A stretch of DNA of 64,000 bases from an uncultured delta proteobacterium (GTDB lineage Bacteria; Desulfobacterota; Binatia; UBA9968): positions 672,001 through 736,000 of the forward strand of contig CAVSHR010000004.1 of NCBI GenBank assembly GCA_963727625.1. Reading direction: 5' to 3'. The notes beneath the pieces were generated by a model. The model ran no database searches. It was not told where the DNA came from and saw nothing but the letters and a program-made list of their open reading frames with translations. Below are positions 38,981 through 48,138 of the stretch, piece after piece. Position numbers and translations under genes: made by a program. Every line of letters starts with the position of its first letter. Position 1 is the stretch's first letter.

Positions 38981-39097
38981 TTCTATCTCCTCTCGCCCGG
39001 TTGCGTAAAACGGATCTAAGTTTTTTAGCACACCGCAACGAAGACTAAAAACAATCCATGTTGACGAAGGCGTGCGATTTGCCTAGATTGCAGTCTC

Positions 39098-39676
39098 ATG
39101 ACTTTGGGATTTGACATCGACGGCGTGCTCGCCGACTTCATCACACCTTTTTTACGCCTTCTGGAAACCCGGACCGGCAGCGATCCCATCGATCCGGCAT
39201 CGGTCACCGACCCCAACTTCGTGCGCCATCCGTTTCTGACCCGGGAAATTATCATGGAGTGCATGGAAGCGGCCTCCTACGACCCTGAATTCTGGCGCGC
39301 CTTGGCGCCGCTGCCTTCTGCGAAACAGTGGCGCGCGTTGGATAACCTCAGCCGCGATCACCAAGTGGTGTTCATTACTCACCGTTGGGTGCGCGACACC
39401 TACGACATCCACCGGGTGACCTGCGATTGGCTGAGCAGCCACGGTGTCAGCGAACCTGTGGTTCATTTTACCCAGGACAAAAAATCGTTGTTGGTCAATG
39501 AACTCAACATCGATGTTTTCGTCGACGACCGCCACGAAAACTGTCAGGACGTCGCCACGGCCACCGATGCTGCCGTGTTCATGCCGCACCGGCCATACAA
39601 CCAAGCGTTCAATCACCCGAAGGTCCGGCGCATTCGCGAACTCGAAGAGCTCTTCGACTACGTATCGACGAAATAG
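39098..39676 (+). CDS. HAD-superfamily 5'(3')-nucleotidase-like protein
   Basis: FDIDGVLAD, FITHR, DVFVDD, PYN. Confidence 0.82.
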   Translation: MTLGFDIDGVLADFITPFLRLLETRTGSDPIDPASVTDPNFVRHPFLTREIIMECMEAASYDPEFWRALAPLPSAKQWRALDNLSRDHQVVFITHRWVRDTYDIHRVTCDWLSSHGVSEPVVHFTQDKKSLLVNELNIDVFVDDRHENCQDVATATDAAVFMPHRPYNQAFNHPKVRRIRELEELFDYVSTK

Positions 39677-39695
39677 CAAACCTCGGAGGCAGGCC

Positions 39696-40445
39696 ATGGC
39701 GGCAATCGAAAAAAAGATCGCGCTCGTAACCGGCGGAGGCGGCGGTATCGGCGGCGCCATCGCCGAGCGCTTTGCGCAAGAAGGCGCCAAGCTGGCCATC
39801 GCCGATATCGATAGTGATGCAGCCAAAGCGCGAGTTGCTCAACTCGCCGACAAGGGAACGGACGCCATTGCCGTCAGCGCCGACGTTACCAACAAAAAAT
39901 CCGTGGACGATATGGTCAAAACGACTGTCGACCGCTGGGGCCGCATCGATATTCTCGTCAACGTCGCCGGTGGCGCGGATAGAAAGCCGGTGGTCGAGAT
40001 GACCGCAGCCGACTGGGATCACATCGTCGACATGAACTTGAAATCGGTCTTCCTCTGTTCGCAGGCTGTGCTATCGACCATGCTCAAGCAAAAGTACGGC
40101 AAAATCGTCAACATCTCATCGATCTACGGCTTCACCGGCAACGCCACGCGCTCCAGCTACGCCGCCGCCAAGGCCGGCGTCGCGGTCTTCACCAAGTCGC
40201 TCGCTCTCGAAGTGGTCAAGGATGGCATCAACGTCAACGCCGTGGCGCCCGGTCGTATCGAAACCGAAAGAGTGCGCAGCCACTACAGCGACCAAGCCTG
40301 GGCCGCTGCCGTGGCGCAAATCCCCATGGGCCGCACCGGCACGCCTGAAGAGGTCGCCGGCGCCGTGCTGTTTCTGGCGACGGACGAGAACCAATACATC
40401 ACCGGCCAAACCATCCACGTCAACGGCGCCTGGCTCAATTGGTAG
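39696..40445 (+). CDS. SDR family oxidoreductase (FabG-like)
   Basis: TGGGGGIG, YAAAKAG, NAVAPG, ITGQTIHVNG. Confidence 0.92.
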   Translation: MAAIEKKIALVTGGGGGIGGAIAERFAQEGAKLAIADIDSDAAKARVAQLADKGTDAIAVSADVTNKKSVDDMVKTTVDRWGRIDILVNVAGGADRKPVVEMTAADWDHIVDMNLKSVFLCSQAVLSTMLKQKYGKIVNISSIYGFTGNATRSSYAAAKAGVAVFTKSLALEVVKDGINVNAVAPGRIETERVRSHYSDQAWAAAVAQIPMGRTGTPEEVAGAVLFLATDENQYITGQTIHVNGAWLNW

Positions 40446-40454
40446 GAAACAACC

Positions 40455-40560
40455 ATTTAAAAGTTCAAGGTCCAAGGTTCAAAGAACCCGGAAACGATTT
40501 GAACGACTGGAACGAATCTTCTGACTTTACTTTGAACCCTTGAACGTTTGAACCTTGAAC
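40455..40560. repeat. GTTCAA/TTGAAC inverted tandem array
   Basis: AAGTTCAAGGTCCAAGGTTCAAAG ... GGAAACGATTTGAACGACTGGAACG ... TTTGAACCCTTGAACGTTTGAACCTTGAAC. Confidence 0.8.
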
Positions 40561-40584
40561 CACCGATGAAGGAGGTCTTAGGAG

Positions 40585-41310
40585 ATGTACGGTTGGCGCG
40601 CAAAAATCGGTCACGTCGCCCCATCGCGCGGCGACACATTGGTTTACGAGTTTTATCAGATGCTGCCGACGGGGTTCATGATTTTGAACAGCACCGGCAC
40701 GATCCGGCAACTGGTCGATGCCGACTTCGAGCGCCAGTTGCAGCGCATCGAAGAAGCCGCGGCCGATCTGGTCGATAATAAATGCGATTCGATCATCATC
40801 GGCGGCTCGCCGCTGTTCACCAAGCTCGGCCACGGCAGCGACATCGAGATGGGCAAGAAGCTCACGGCCAAATTCGGCGTCCCGGTAGCGCCCGGCATAA
40901 CCGGCGAGATCGAAGCGCTGAAATCGCTCAATATCAAAAAACTTGTGGTCGCCACGCCGCACGAAGACACGCTCAACGAACGGATGAAAGCCTTTCTCGA
41001 AGCCTCCGGCTTCAACGTGTTGAAAATTCGGGGGTACGGCGTGCGCAAAAACGCCGACCTCACCGCCATGGACGAGCATTCGGCATACAAGATCGCCAAA
41101 CGGCTTTACGAGCAGGCGCCCGAAGCCGACGGCGTCTTCGTCCCCTGCCCGCGCTGGCCGACGATTACCGATGTTGACTTGCTCGAACGCGAGATCGGCA
41201 AACCGGTGGTGACGAGCTGCCAGGCGTATATCTGGCACGCATTGAAGATGGCCAAGGTAAAGCAAGAAGTAGCCGGTTTTGGTCGATTGATGGCGTCGTT
41301 GGCCAATTAA
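40585..41310 (+). CDS. Asp/Glu racemase superfamily; arylmalonate decarboxylase/maleate isomerase-like
   Basis: GWRAKIG..AP, VATPH, ADGVFVPC, LEREIGKPVVTS. Confidence 0.85.
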   Translation: MYGWRAKIGHVAPSRGDTLVYEFYQMLPTGFMILNSTGTIRQLVDADFERQLQRIEEAAADLVDNKCDSIIIGGSPLFTKLGHGSDIEMGKKLTAKFGVPVAPGITGEIEALKSLNIKKLVVATPHEDTLNERMKAFLEASGFNVLKIRGYGVRKNADLTAMDEHSAYKIAKRLYEQAPEADGVFVPCPRWPTITDVDLLEREIGKPVVTSCQAYIWHALKMAKVKQEVAGFGRLMASLAN

Positions 41311-41370
41311 GCACTCTGCCTGCTATCCGACCAAGGCTTCCAAACACTAATTCGATCAAACCGCATCAGC

Positions 41371-41421
41371 AAATAAAAAACGGCGAGCAGACCGGTTGAA
41401 AAAACCCATCTGCTCGCCGTT
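41371..41421 (-). terminator. Rho-independent terminator between convergent genes
   Basis: AACGGCGAGCAG ... CTGCTCGCCGTT stem with an adjacent A-tract (U-tract on the minus strand). Confidence 0.7.
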
Positions 41422-41448
41422 GCAAATCTCGGCTAATCTCGGGAACTA

Positions 41449-42171
41449 CTACTTCCTGCCGAAAACCTCTTTCAAAAGGTCGGTTACCCGTGCGGCGGGA
41501 TTGGTTCTGATCTTTTTCTCCTCCTGCGCCACCACGTAGAAGATGCCGTCCGTGGATTTTTCGGTCACATATTGATTCACATCAAATGTGATGCTTTTAG
41601 AAAACGGCACGTCTTTGTACTTGCCGATGAGATCGTTGTATTGCCGATTAACGCCGACTTGATTCATCACGTCGGTGACCGACGGCAGGAACGCGGCCTG
41701 CAGTTTTTTCGTCGTCTTCGACTTGAAGTAATCCGTCGCCGCCGTGTCGCTGCCGTTGAGAATTTTACGAGCGTCGTCGAAGGTCATCTCGCCGATGGCG
41801 GTCCAAAAGATATCCTTGGCAAATGGCACCGCCTTTTCCGCTGCCCGGTTCATGCCAACGACGAACTCGTCAATCTGCGGCCCGTAGCCGACCATGCGGA
41901 GCGGCTTTTCGATGTTTTGTAACGGCCTCGGCATAAGGATTTTGATCGCCTGGTTTTTCAGGAAACCATCGACCGCGCTGGTCTGCCCGACGGCGTTTTC
42001 AGTGCCGACTTTCAACGCCTCCTGTAAGCCGGAGCCGATCTTGGCGTCGCTAAGGCCGCTGCCGCCCGAGCTTGGCAGGCCGCCGAACCCTTTCAAAAAC
42101 TTGTCCAACTGCGCCCGCGCCGGTACAACCGTCAACAGCAAAAACAGCGCGGTTGCCAAGAGTCGAATCAT
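41449..42171 (-). CDS. DUF4197 family exported protein
   Basis: [54 protein letters not shown]. Confidence 0.92.
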   Translation of the reverse strand: MIRLLATALFLLLTVVPARAQLDKFLKGFGGLPSSGGSGLSDAKIGSGLQEALKVGTENAVGQTSAVDGFLKNQAIKILMPRPLQNIEKPLRMVGYGPQIDEFVVGMNRAAEKAVPFAKDIFWTAIGEMTFDDARKILNGSDTAATDYFKSKTTKKLQAAFLPSVTDVMNQVGVNRQYNDLIGKYKDVPFSKSITFDVNQYVTEKSTDGIFYVVAQEEKKIRTNPAARVTDLLKEVFGRK

Positions 42172-42246
42172 CGAGTTACCTCCAGAGAAAAGACTAAACA
42201 GCCGGCCTGAGACTGATTCGCGCGAAGGACACGGCCGTTAAGTGAA

Positions 42247-42657
42247 TTACAATAATTCTTTCGACCGAACCGGGGGAGGCCCGTGCTCGCCGCCCAGCCT
42301 GAAATCGTTCAGTGCCGCTGCGAAAGTCGCGTCGAGGATCAGGTCCATGATCTCTTGCTGGGCCTCGCGCGGCGACAGCCGAAAGGCCGTGCGCAGGGGT
42401 TGGATCGCCGCGCGCCATTGGCTTTGGCTGAGGTGAGAGCGTCCGAGATAAAAATAGGCCTGACCGAACTCCGGATTTTCGTGGGTGGCATCTTCAAAAT
42501 AGGGAACCGCGGCGGCAAAGCGCCCCTGATTGAACAGGGCCAACCCCTGATCGAAACTATCATAGGCCGGGTTGAACCTTCCTAAACTCACGCAAGAACT
42601 GGCAGAAAAAACCAGCGCAAGGGCCAAGAATAACATGGCAGATTTATCCTTCATCAT
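42247..42657 (-). CDS. TPR-containing lipoprotein
   Basis: Signal ending ASSC; GLALFNQGRFAAA, AYFYLGRS. Confidence 0.75.
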   Translation of the reverse strand: MMKDKSAMLFLALALVFSASSCVSLGRFNPAYDSFDQGLALFNQGRFAAAVPYFEDATHENPEFGQAYFYLGRSHLSQSQWRAAIQPLRTAFRLSPREAQQEIMDLILDATFAAALNDFRLGGEHGPPPVRSKELL

Positions 42658-42692
42658 TCTTAGACCCTCCTTCGTCGAGGATTAGACGAACG

Positions 42693-42723
42693 AAAGCCCC
42701 GAATCTTAGCAGACCGGGGCTTT
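42693..42723. terminator. Hairpin downstream of grxD
   Basis: AAAGCCCCG ... CGGGGCTTT. Confidence 0.55.
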
Positions 42724-42727
42724 GTTT

Positions 42728-43051
42728 TTACTTGGAGAAGGCTGTTTTCAAAATCGGCTCGAGCTCGCCTCTTTCGTGCATCTCGTGCACGATGTCGCAG
42801 CCGCCGACGAACTTGCCATCGATGTAGATCTGCGGGATGGTCGGCCAATTGGAGTAGCGCTTGATGCCGTCGCGCAACGCCGGATCGGCGAGCACATCGT
42901 CGCTGGCGAACGGGAATCCGTAGGACTTGAGGATCTCCACCGTGTGCGCCGAAAAACCGCACTGGGGGAAATCCGGAGTGCCCTTCATGTAAAGCATGAT
43001 TTTATTGTTTTTTACCTTTTCATCGATCTTGCCCAAGACGTCATCCGCCAT
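42728..43051 (-). CDS. grxD: Monothiol glutaredoxin Grx4
   Basis: YMKGTPDFPQCGFS, WPTIPQ, GGCDI. Confidence 0.96.
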   Translation of the reverse strand: MADDVLGKIDEKVKNNKIMLYMKGTPDFPQCGFSAHTVEILKSYGFPFASDDVLADPALRDGIKRYSNWPTIPQIYIDGKFVGGCDIVHEMHERGELEPILKTAFSK

Positions 43052-43076
43052 AATCGTTCTCCTTCCTGTGATTGCT

Positions 43077-43331
43077 TCAAGTCCCCAGTTTCTCCCACTG
43101 GGCGGGGCTAAAGGTTTTGAGTGCCAGGGCGTGGATTCGCTCGTCTTTCATCGGCTCCTTCAACGCTTCGTTGACCATGCGGTGTTGCTCAAGCAGGCCT
43201 TTGCCTTCAAACGCCGGTGAAACGATGATCAGCTGCCAATGATCACCACCGCCCGTGAGATCTTGCGTCTCGACCAGCGACACCGGCAGCGACACCGCCA
43301 AAGTAGCTTTAATCTCCTCCGGAGTAATCAT
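43077..43331 (-). CDS. bolA: BolA/IbaG family protein
   Basis: GGGDHW, SPAFEGK..LEQHRMV, IHALALKT. Confidence 0.93.
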   Translation of the reverse strand: MITPEEIKATLAVSLPVSLVETQDLTGGGDHWQLIIVSPAFEGKGLLEQHRMVNEALKEPMKDERIHALALKTFSPAQWEKLGT

Positions 43332-43393
43332 GGAAAAATCTTACCGGTTCACAACCATGCTTGCAACTGCCGTCCCTGGCTTCGGATAGCGAT

Positions 43394-43900
43394 TCATTTG
43401 CCGACGGGTCCGTAGAAATCGGGCCGAACTTTCTTCAACATTGCGCGCAAGTCCATGCGCAACTCGTCTAACGTGGGCCTTCCGAGGTACCAATAGCCGC
43501 AATAGAGATTGTGAATCGTGAGATCCGGCAAGAGTGCAAAGGTATACGGCATGGCGGTCACCCCCCGGCTTTTCGAGGTTTCCGTCATCTCGAGCAGCTT
43601 CACGACTTTTCGCTCGGGATCGCTCAAAAACGTATAGGTGGCGCCGAGCCCGGTCCTAAAGGCGTCGCTCACTTCCGGGGCATCGACGCTCGCAACCGCC
43701 AGTTTGCAATAGTTAACCGCCAGCTCTTCTTGAAGTTCAATGTAATGGCGCAACTGCACCTGGCACTTCGCTCACCAAAAGCCGCGATAAAAGGACAGGA
43801 TGAACGGAAACTTGCCGACCAGATCGGAAAGCTTAGCCCTTTGACCGTCCTGGTCAGGCAGCTCGAAATCAGGAAAACGTTGACCGATCGTGAGATTCAT
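43394..43900 (-). CDS. AhpC/TSA peroxiredoxin-like selenoprotein (UxxC; TGA at 43774-43772 = Sec43)
   Basis: MNLTIGQRFPDFELPDQDGQRAKLSDLVGKFPFILSFYRGFW-U-AKCQVQLRHY... is in frame with ORF 43394..43759; GAGGTG RBS. Confidence 0.9.
43747..43771 (-). promoter_or_regulatory. Bacterial SECIS-like hairpin
   Basis: 11-nt spacer after TGA, then GGTGC-AGTT-GCGCC (43760-43747). Confidence 0.7.
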
Positions 43901-43950
43901 ATTCGCACCTCAAAGCTAAAGTCCCGAGACTAAAATTCCGCCAGCGTTTC

Positions 43951-44172
43951 TTAAGGGTAGCCCTTCGCCATCTCGGCGAGAAAACCTTCTTTCTCTAATT
44001 GCAGCATTAGCGATAGATCGACAAACTGCTCCGGTTTGGCTGCCTTGGCGTTTGGCAATTTTACCACCACCTCTTCGAGTATGAATTGAATGCCTCTGAG
44101 CATCGGATAAGTCCGCTTCAACACGATTTTCACAAATGCCGCGTGGGGTTGCGTCGAGTGCTTCCGGATCAT
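43951..44172 (-). pseudogene. C-terminal remnant of an NMT1/THI5-type ABC substrate-binding protein
   Basis: YPMLRGIQFILEE...PNAKAAKPEQFVDLSLMLQLEKEGF resembles an SBP C-terminus; N-terminal ~250 aa absent. Confidence 0.55.
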
Positions 44173-44195
44173 CGGACAAGCGAAGACTTGCGCGC

Positions 44196-44453
44196 TCAGT
44201 ACGCCTTGGCAGTGGAACCGGCTTCTTTGTCGTCGTTCGAGACACCGAGCTTCATCTCCAGGGCCTTGACTCGTTTTTCAAGAGTCCGTACCTGCGCTTG
44301 AGACTGCGCAAGCTGTTTTTCGACGATCGAAACCACCGATGCGGTATCGCCCCACCAGGAATAACCGGCGAGTACACCAACCATCACCGAGCCGATACCG
44401 GCCAAAATCCAATAGAACCGATGGGATTCGCGCGAACGTTTAACCCAAGGCAT
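44196..44453 (-). CDS. Small membrane-anchored coiled-coil protein
   Basis: One TM segment (FYWILAGIGSVMVGVLAGY) followed by a heptad-like region. Confidence 0.6.
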   Translation of the reverse strand: MPWVKRSRESHRFYWILAGIGSVMVGVLAGYSWWGDTASVVSIVEKQLAQSQAQVRTLEKRVKALEMKLGVSNDDKEAGSTAKAY

Positions 44454-44487
44454 AGCTTTTCTCTTGTAGCTGAAAGCGCCCCGGGCG

Positions 44488-45231
44488 TCAAATATGGCGA
44501 ACTGGCCAATCGCGGGCCTCCATCGACTGCCCGGTGACGTTCGCCGAGTCGTCGGAAGCTAGATACAGGAACAACGGCATTAACTGCTCCGGGGGCGGCA
44601 GAGCTAATGGGTCCTCGGCCGGATAAGCCGCCGCACGCATGCGGGTTCTGGTTGCAGCAGGATTGACTGAATTGACCCTGATACCCGCCTCTTTGACCTC
44701 GTCGGCGAGCACCTGAGTGAGGCCTTCGAGCCCCGCCTTCGATACCGCATAGGCGCCCCAGCGGGCCTTGCCTCTGCGACCGACGCCGGAGGTCACATTG
44801 ACAATCGAGCCGGCGCGCCGCGCAATCATGCCCGGCAGCACCGCGCGCGCCATCAGGAAAATCCCGGTCAGGTTAATCCTAAGGACCTCTTCCCAGCTGG
44901 CAATGGGATAATCCACCACCGCAACACGCGGTCCCAAAATACTCGCGTTGTTAACCAGCACATCCAACCTGCCGAAGCGTGCAATGGCTGCCTCCACCAG
45001 CCGCTCGGCATCCGCCGCATTGCCGACATCACCGCTGGCGCCGTCGATCGTTCCGCCCGCTTCGGCGATCTCGCGCAACGCTGTGGCAACCGCGCTCTCG
45101 TTTCGCCCACAAATAAACACCTCAGCGCCCGCTTGAGCGTACGCTGCCGCGATCGCGCGGCCGATCCCGTGGCTGCCGCCGGTGATGAGCGCTGCCTTAC
45201 CCGACAATTTTTTTGCTTCGCCGCTTGCCAT
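44488..45231 (-). CDS. SDR family oxidoreductase (YciK-like)
   Basis: TGGSHGIG, WGAYAVSK, NPAATRTRMRAAAYPAEDP. Confidence 0.9.
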   Translation of the reverse strand: MASGEAKKLSGKAALITGGSHGIGRAIAAAYAQAGAEVFICGRNESAVATALREIAEAGGTIDGASGDVGNAADAERLVEAAIARFGRLDVLVNNASILGPRVAVVDYPIASWEEVLRINLTGIFLMARAVLPGMIARRAGSIVNVTSGVGRRGKARWGAYAVSKAGLEGLTQVLADEVKEAGIRVNSVNPAATRTRMRAAAYPAEDPLALPPPEQLMPLFLYLASDDSANVTGQSMEARDWPVRHI

Positions 45232-45264
45232 CGAACACCGCCTATTTCATATTCAAATCTACCC

Positions 45265-46206
45265 ATGAACTCGTTAAGAATCCATCAGCGCTTGTTAATT
45301 TTTTTACTGCTCGTGCTGGCGCTCACCTGCGTGATCAGCCCATGGATGGCGCTGGGCGCGGACTGGTTCGCGGCACGCTGGCCCGGCATCTTGCCTGAGC
45401 GCGTCGAATTCTCCCGGGTCTTTAATCGCGCGTTCATGGTCGCCGGATTTATTTTGTTCATCCCGTTCCGCCGGAAACTCCTGCCGGCCCGGCTCAAACA
45501 ATTGTTGACGCCGGGCGTTCGCGTTGCCTGGCGGAATCTATCTGCCGGCGTCGGTTTAGCCGTAGGTTCCATCGTGCTGCTGGTCGCGCTGATGGCCGCG
45601 ACCGACGTTTTCACTCCATATTTTCGCCTGACCTTGGCCGACTCCCTTTCGCGAAGCCTCAGCGCGCTGCTCGCGGGGATATTCGCCGGCCTTCTCGAAG
45701 AAGTGTTTTTTCGCGGCATTTTGTTCCTCGGATTGCGCGAGCACGGCGGTTCGCTGCGCGCTTACCTGCTCGCCAATTTGTTTTACTCGACTATTCATTT
45801 TGTTAAACCGGGGGAATCCTATGTTCTCGCTGACTTGGCTCCCCTGGCCGGGTTTCGCCACTTGCTGACGACTTTCGAGCCCTTTCTCGACCCGCTGCCC
45901 CTTCTACCCGGCATCTTCGGTCTGTTCTTAATCGGCGTCGTCCTGAGCTACGCGCTGGTAAAAACCGGAAACCTGTATCTCTCGATTGGCCTGCATGCCG
46001 GTTGGGTCTTTGCCTTGAAGACGATCCGGGTTTTCGGCAATTTCACCCGTCAAGACTTGGGCTGGCCCTTCGGTTCCACCGATCCAAAGATCGTCAGCGG
46101 CGTGATCACTTGGTTCGGCATTCTTTTGGTCGGCGTCGTCGTGAGCCGGCTTACCCGGCCAGGCTCGCAACTCGCAGCCGGTCGGCCTCCCGCAACAACG
46201 GCTTGA
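45265..46206 (+). CDS. CPBP (CAAX/Abi) intramembrane metalloprotease
   Basis: EEVFFRG, FYSTIH, SIGLHAGW. Confidence 0.88.
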   Translation: MNSLRIHQRLLIFLLLVLALTCVISPWMALGADWFAARWPGILPERVEFSRVFNRAFMVAGFILFIPFRRKLLPARLKQLLTPGVRVAWRNLSAGVGLAVGSIVLLVALMAATDVFTPYFRLTLADSLSRSLSALLAGIFAGLLEEVFFRGILFLGLREHGGSLRAYLLANLFYSTIHFVKPGESYVLADLAPLAGFRHLLTTFEPFLDPLPLLPGIFGLFLIGVVLSYALVKTGNLYLSIGLHAGWVFALKTIRVFGNFTRQDLGWPFGSTDPKIVSGVITWFGILLVGVVVSRLTRPGSQLAAGRPPATTA

Positions 46207-46810
46207 CTTTTTCGGCGATGCGCTCGGCGACCAACCGGTAGCCGGCGCCGTTGGGGTGAATTACATCGCTCTTCAAGCTCGAATCGGTGAGAATTCCCTT
46301 CATCACCCCCGGAATGTAAAGCGCGTTGAATTTTTTCGCCGTCTCCTCGAAGATTGAATTGAACTCATCGGTGAACAGCCCCAGCCTGATCCCGGCGATC
46401 GCCACCATCGCCCCCTCGGCTTGAATGCGACTGACGATCTCTTCGAGGTTTTTTCTGGTTTCCTGACGTGGCGCCCGGCGTAGGAAATCGTTGCCGCCGA
46501 GCAACACGATCACCAGCCGCGGACTCTTGCCCGACACCGTCTCCGACAGCCGCGCTAACGCCTGTGCCGTCGTGTCGCCGCGCCGCCCCGCGTTAAAGAC
46601 CGGAAAACCGATGAGCCGAGACAGCACCGACGGATAGTTTTCACTCGCGCTCGCGCCGACGCCCTCGGTCAAGCTATCGCCGAAGCAGATGACGGCTTGC
46701 CCGGCGGAGCGAATGTTTCGAACCTTGTCGTAGCGCTCCCCGCCGCAAGCGGCGAGCAGGCTGATCAACAGGCAAAACCAAAATACACGCAACCCTCGGT
46801 AGCGACTCAT
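46151..46810 (-). CDS. GDSL/SGNH arylesterase lipoprotein
   Basis: LLAAC lipobox; CFGDSLT, LGGNDFL, DVIHPN. Confidence 0.88.
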   Translation of the reverse strand: MSRYRGLRVFWFCLLISLLAACGGERYDKVRNIRSAGQAVICFGDSLTEGVGASASENYPSVLSRLIGFPVFNAGRRGDTTAQALARLSETVSGKSPRLVIVLLGGNDFLRRAPRQETRKNLEEIVSRIQAEGAMVAIAGIRLGLFTDEFNSIFEETAKKFNALYIPGVMKGILTDSSLKSDVIHPNGAGYRLVAERIAEKVKPLLREADRLRVASLAG

Positions 46811-47054
46811 TTAGGTAGGCACCGGCATTCAGAATAATAATGAAACGACGGTGTCGTCATGCTGATTACGAAGTGAAGCTTCTGGTGCAAACTGACTCAC
46901 AACGCAAAACTTAGTTTCGCGAAGAAACAAAGTGGAAGGAGAAATCAGTTCAACCCAGGCATGGCTGCTTGGTTTTCTCCCGTCACTTAAATCTGAACTG
47001 TTTGCAATAAGGTCGTCCAGCTTTTGCAATGAATGGCCCTGTCTACCTTGCGCA

Positions 47055-48032
47055 TCAGTTCGAGCCAATTCTTACGGCCGCCTCTTGGCGTATGAAGCCT
47101 GGCGGCCGCCCGTGCTTGGAACGAATCTCTAGCCAACCGTCCCTGGAATCCACAACGTTCAGCTTAATTCCCTTGCCAATATTGGCAATAAACTTTGAAT
47201 CTTCGCTTGGCCCACTGTAGACTTGGGTTGGACCAACAGTTCGAAAGGAGCCTCGGACACGCGGCGCCGCCTTAAGCGGTGATTTGGAAACGGTCTCTAC
47301 TACGCGTTCAACAGTCGTAGGTTCAGGGGTGAAGACTATCGGATCCCTGGAAATTGCAACTTCAGTCCTCAGGTTTTTCATGGCGACTGCGCCTGCAATC
47401 ATGAGAATAATGACGCCGGCGAACACCGCGCCAAAGCGCCAGTTTCGAACCATCGAGCCCAACACTAAAAGACTCGGCTTTTTCTCCTTCGCTCCATGAG
47501 TTTTCGCTGACAAATCGATTGAACTATTCGTTTGCCCGCCCGCTTTGCCTGATCCGTTCAAATCTGACGCCAATCCGGCAACCGTGTCAATCTTGCTTTG
47601 AAGGATCGGTGCTTCCGCAGAGTCGTCCTCAACCGCCGGTGAAACCCCGCCAACAACACCACTGTCGTTGAGTTTCTCTTGCATCTGGCGATTTCTATCG
47701 ATGACTCGCGCGTTTTCGGCCTGTAATGCATCGAGCTGCTGCCGCAGCAGACTGACCTGTCTCTGGTTTTCCTCGCCTTTAGCAAAGCGCTCCTGCCAGC
47801 CCGTAATCTCCTCTCCAAGCCGGCGATTTTCATCGGCCAATTCCTGGCAAATGCGTTCGGTTTCTCGAAGACGTTCGTGAGTTTCCTCAAGCGCTTCGAC
47901 CTGATTTTTCCCTTCGGAAAGTTCGCGCTCCAAGTCGCGAATGAGCGCTTCCAACTTCTGTTGCTGCTTTTGATGCCTCATCTCACGAGACTCATAGTAC
48001 GCTTGAGTTTTCGGGTAACAGTAGTGCCGCAA
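47055..48032 (-). CDS. Coiled-coil + TM + C-terminal SH3b-like domain protein
   Basis: Long Glu/Gln coiled coil, TM (FGAVFAGVIILMIAGAVAM), VYSGPSEDS...VVDSRDGWLEI...GFI; start uncertain. Confidence 0.65.
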   Translation of the reverse strand: MRHYCYPKTQAYYESREMRHQKQQQKLEALIRDLERELSEGKNQVEALEETHERLRETERICQELADENRRLGEEITGWQERFAKGEENQRQVSLLRQQLDALQAENARVIDRNRQMQEKLNDSGVVGGVSPAVEDDSAEAPILQSKIDTVAGLASDLNGSGKAGGQTNSSIDLSAKTHGAKEKKPSLLVLGSMVRNWRFGAVFAGVIILMIAGAVAMKNLRTEVAISRDPIVFTPEPTTVERVVETVSKSPLKAAPRVRGSFRTVGPTQVYSGPSEDSKFIANIGKGIKLNVVDSRDGWLEIRSKHGRPPGFIRQEAAVRIGSN

Positions 48033-48138
48033 GCATCGCGACGATTTGACCGTTCATCCTGTTTCTCTTCATCGTGGGATAACCTGAGCAAGCCCCGCCA
48101 AGGGGTTGCCACAGCGCTGCAGCGGGCTGACTACATGC

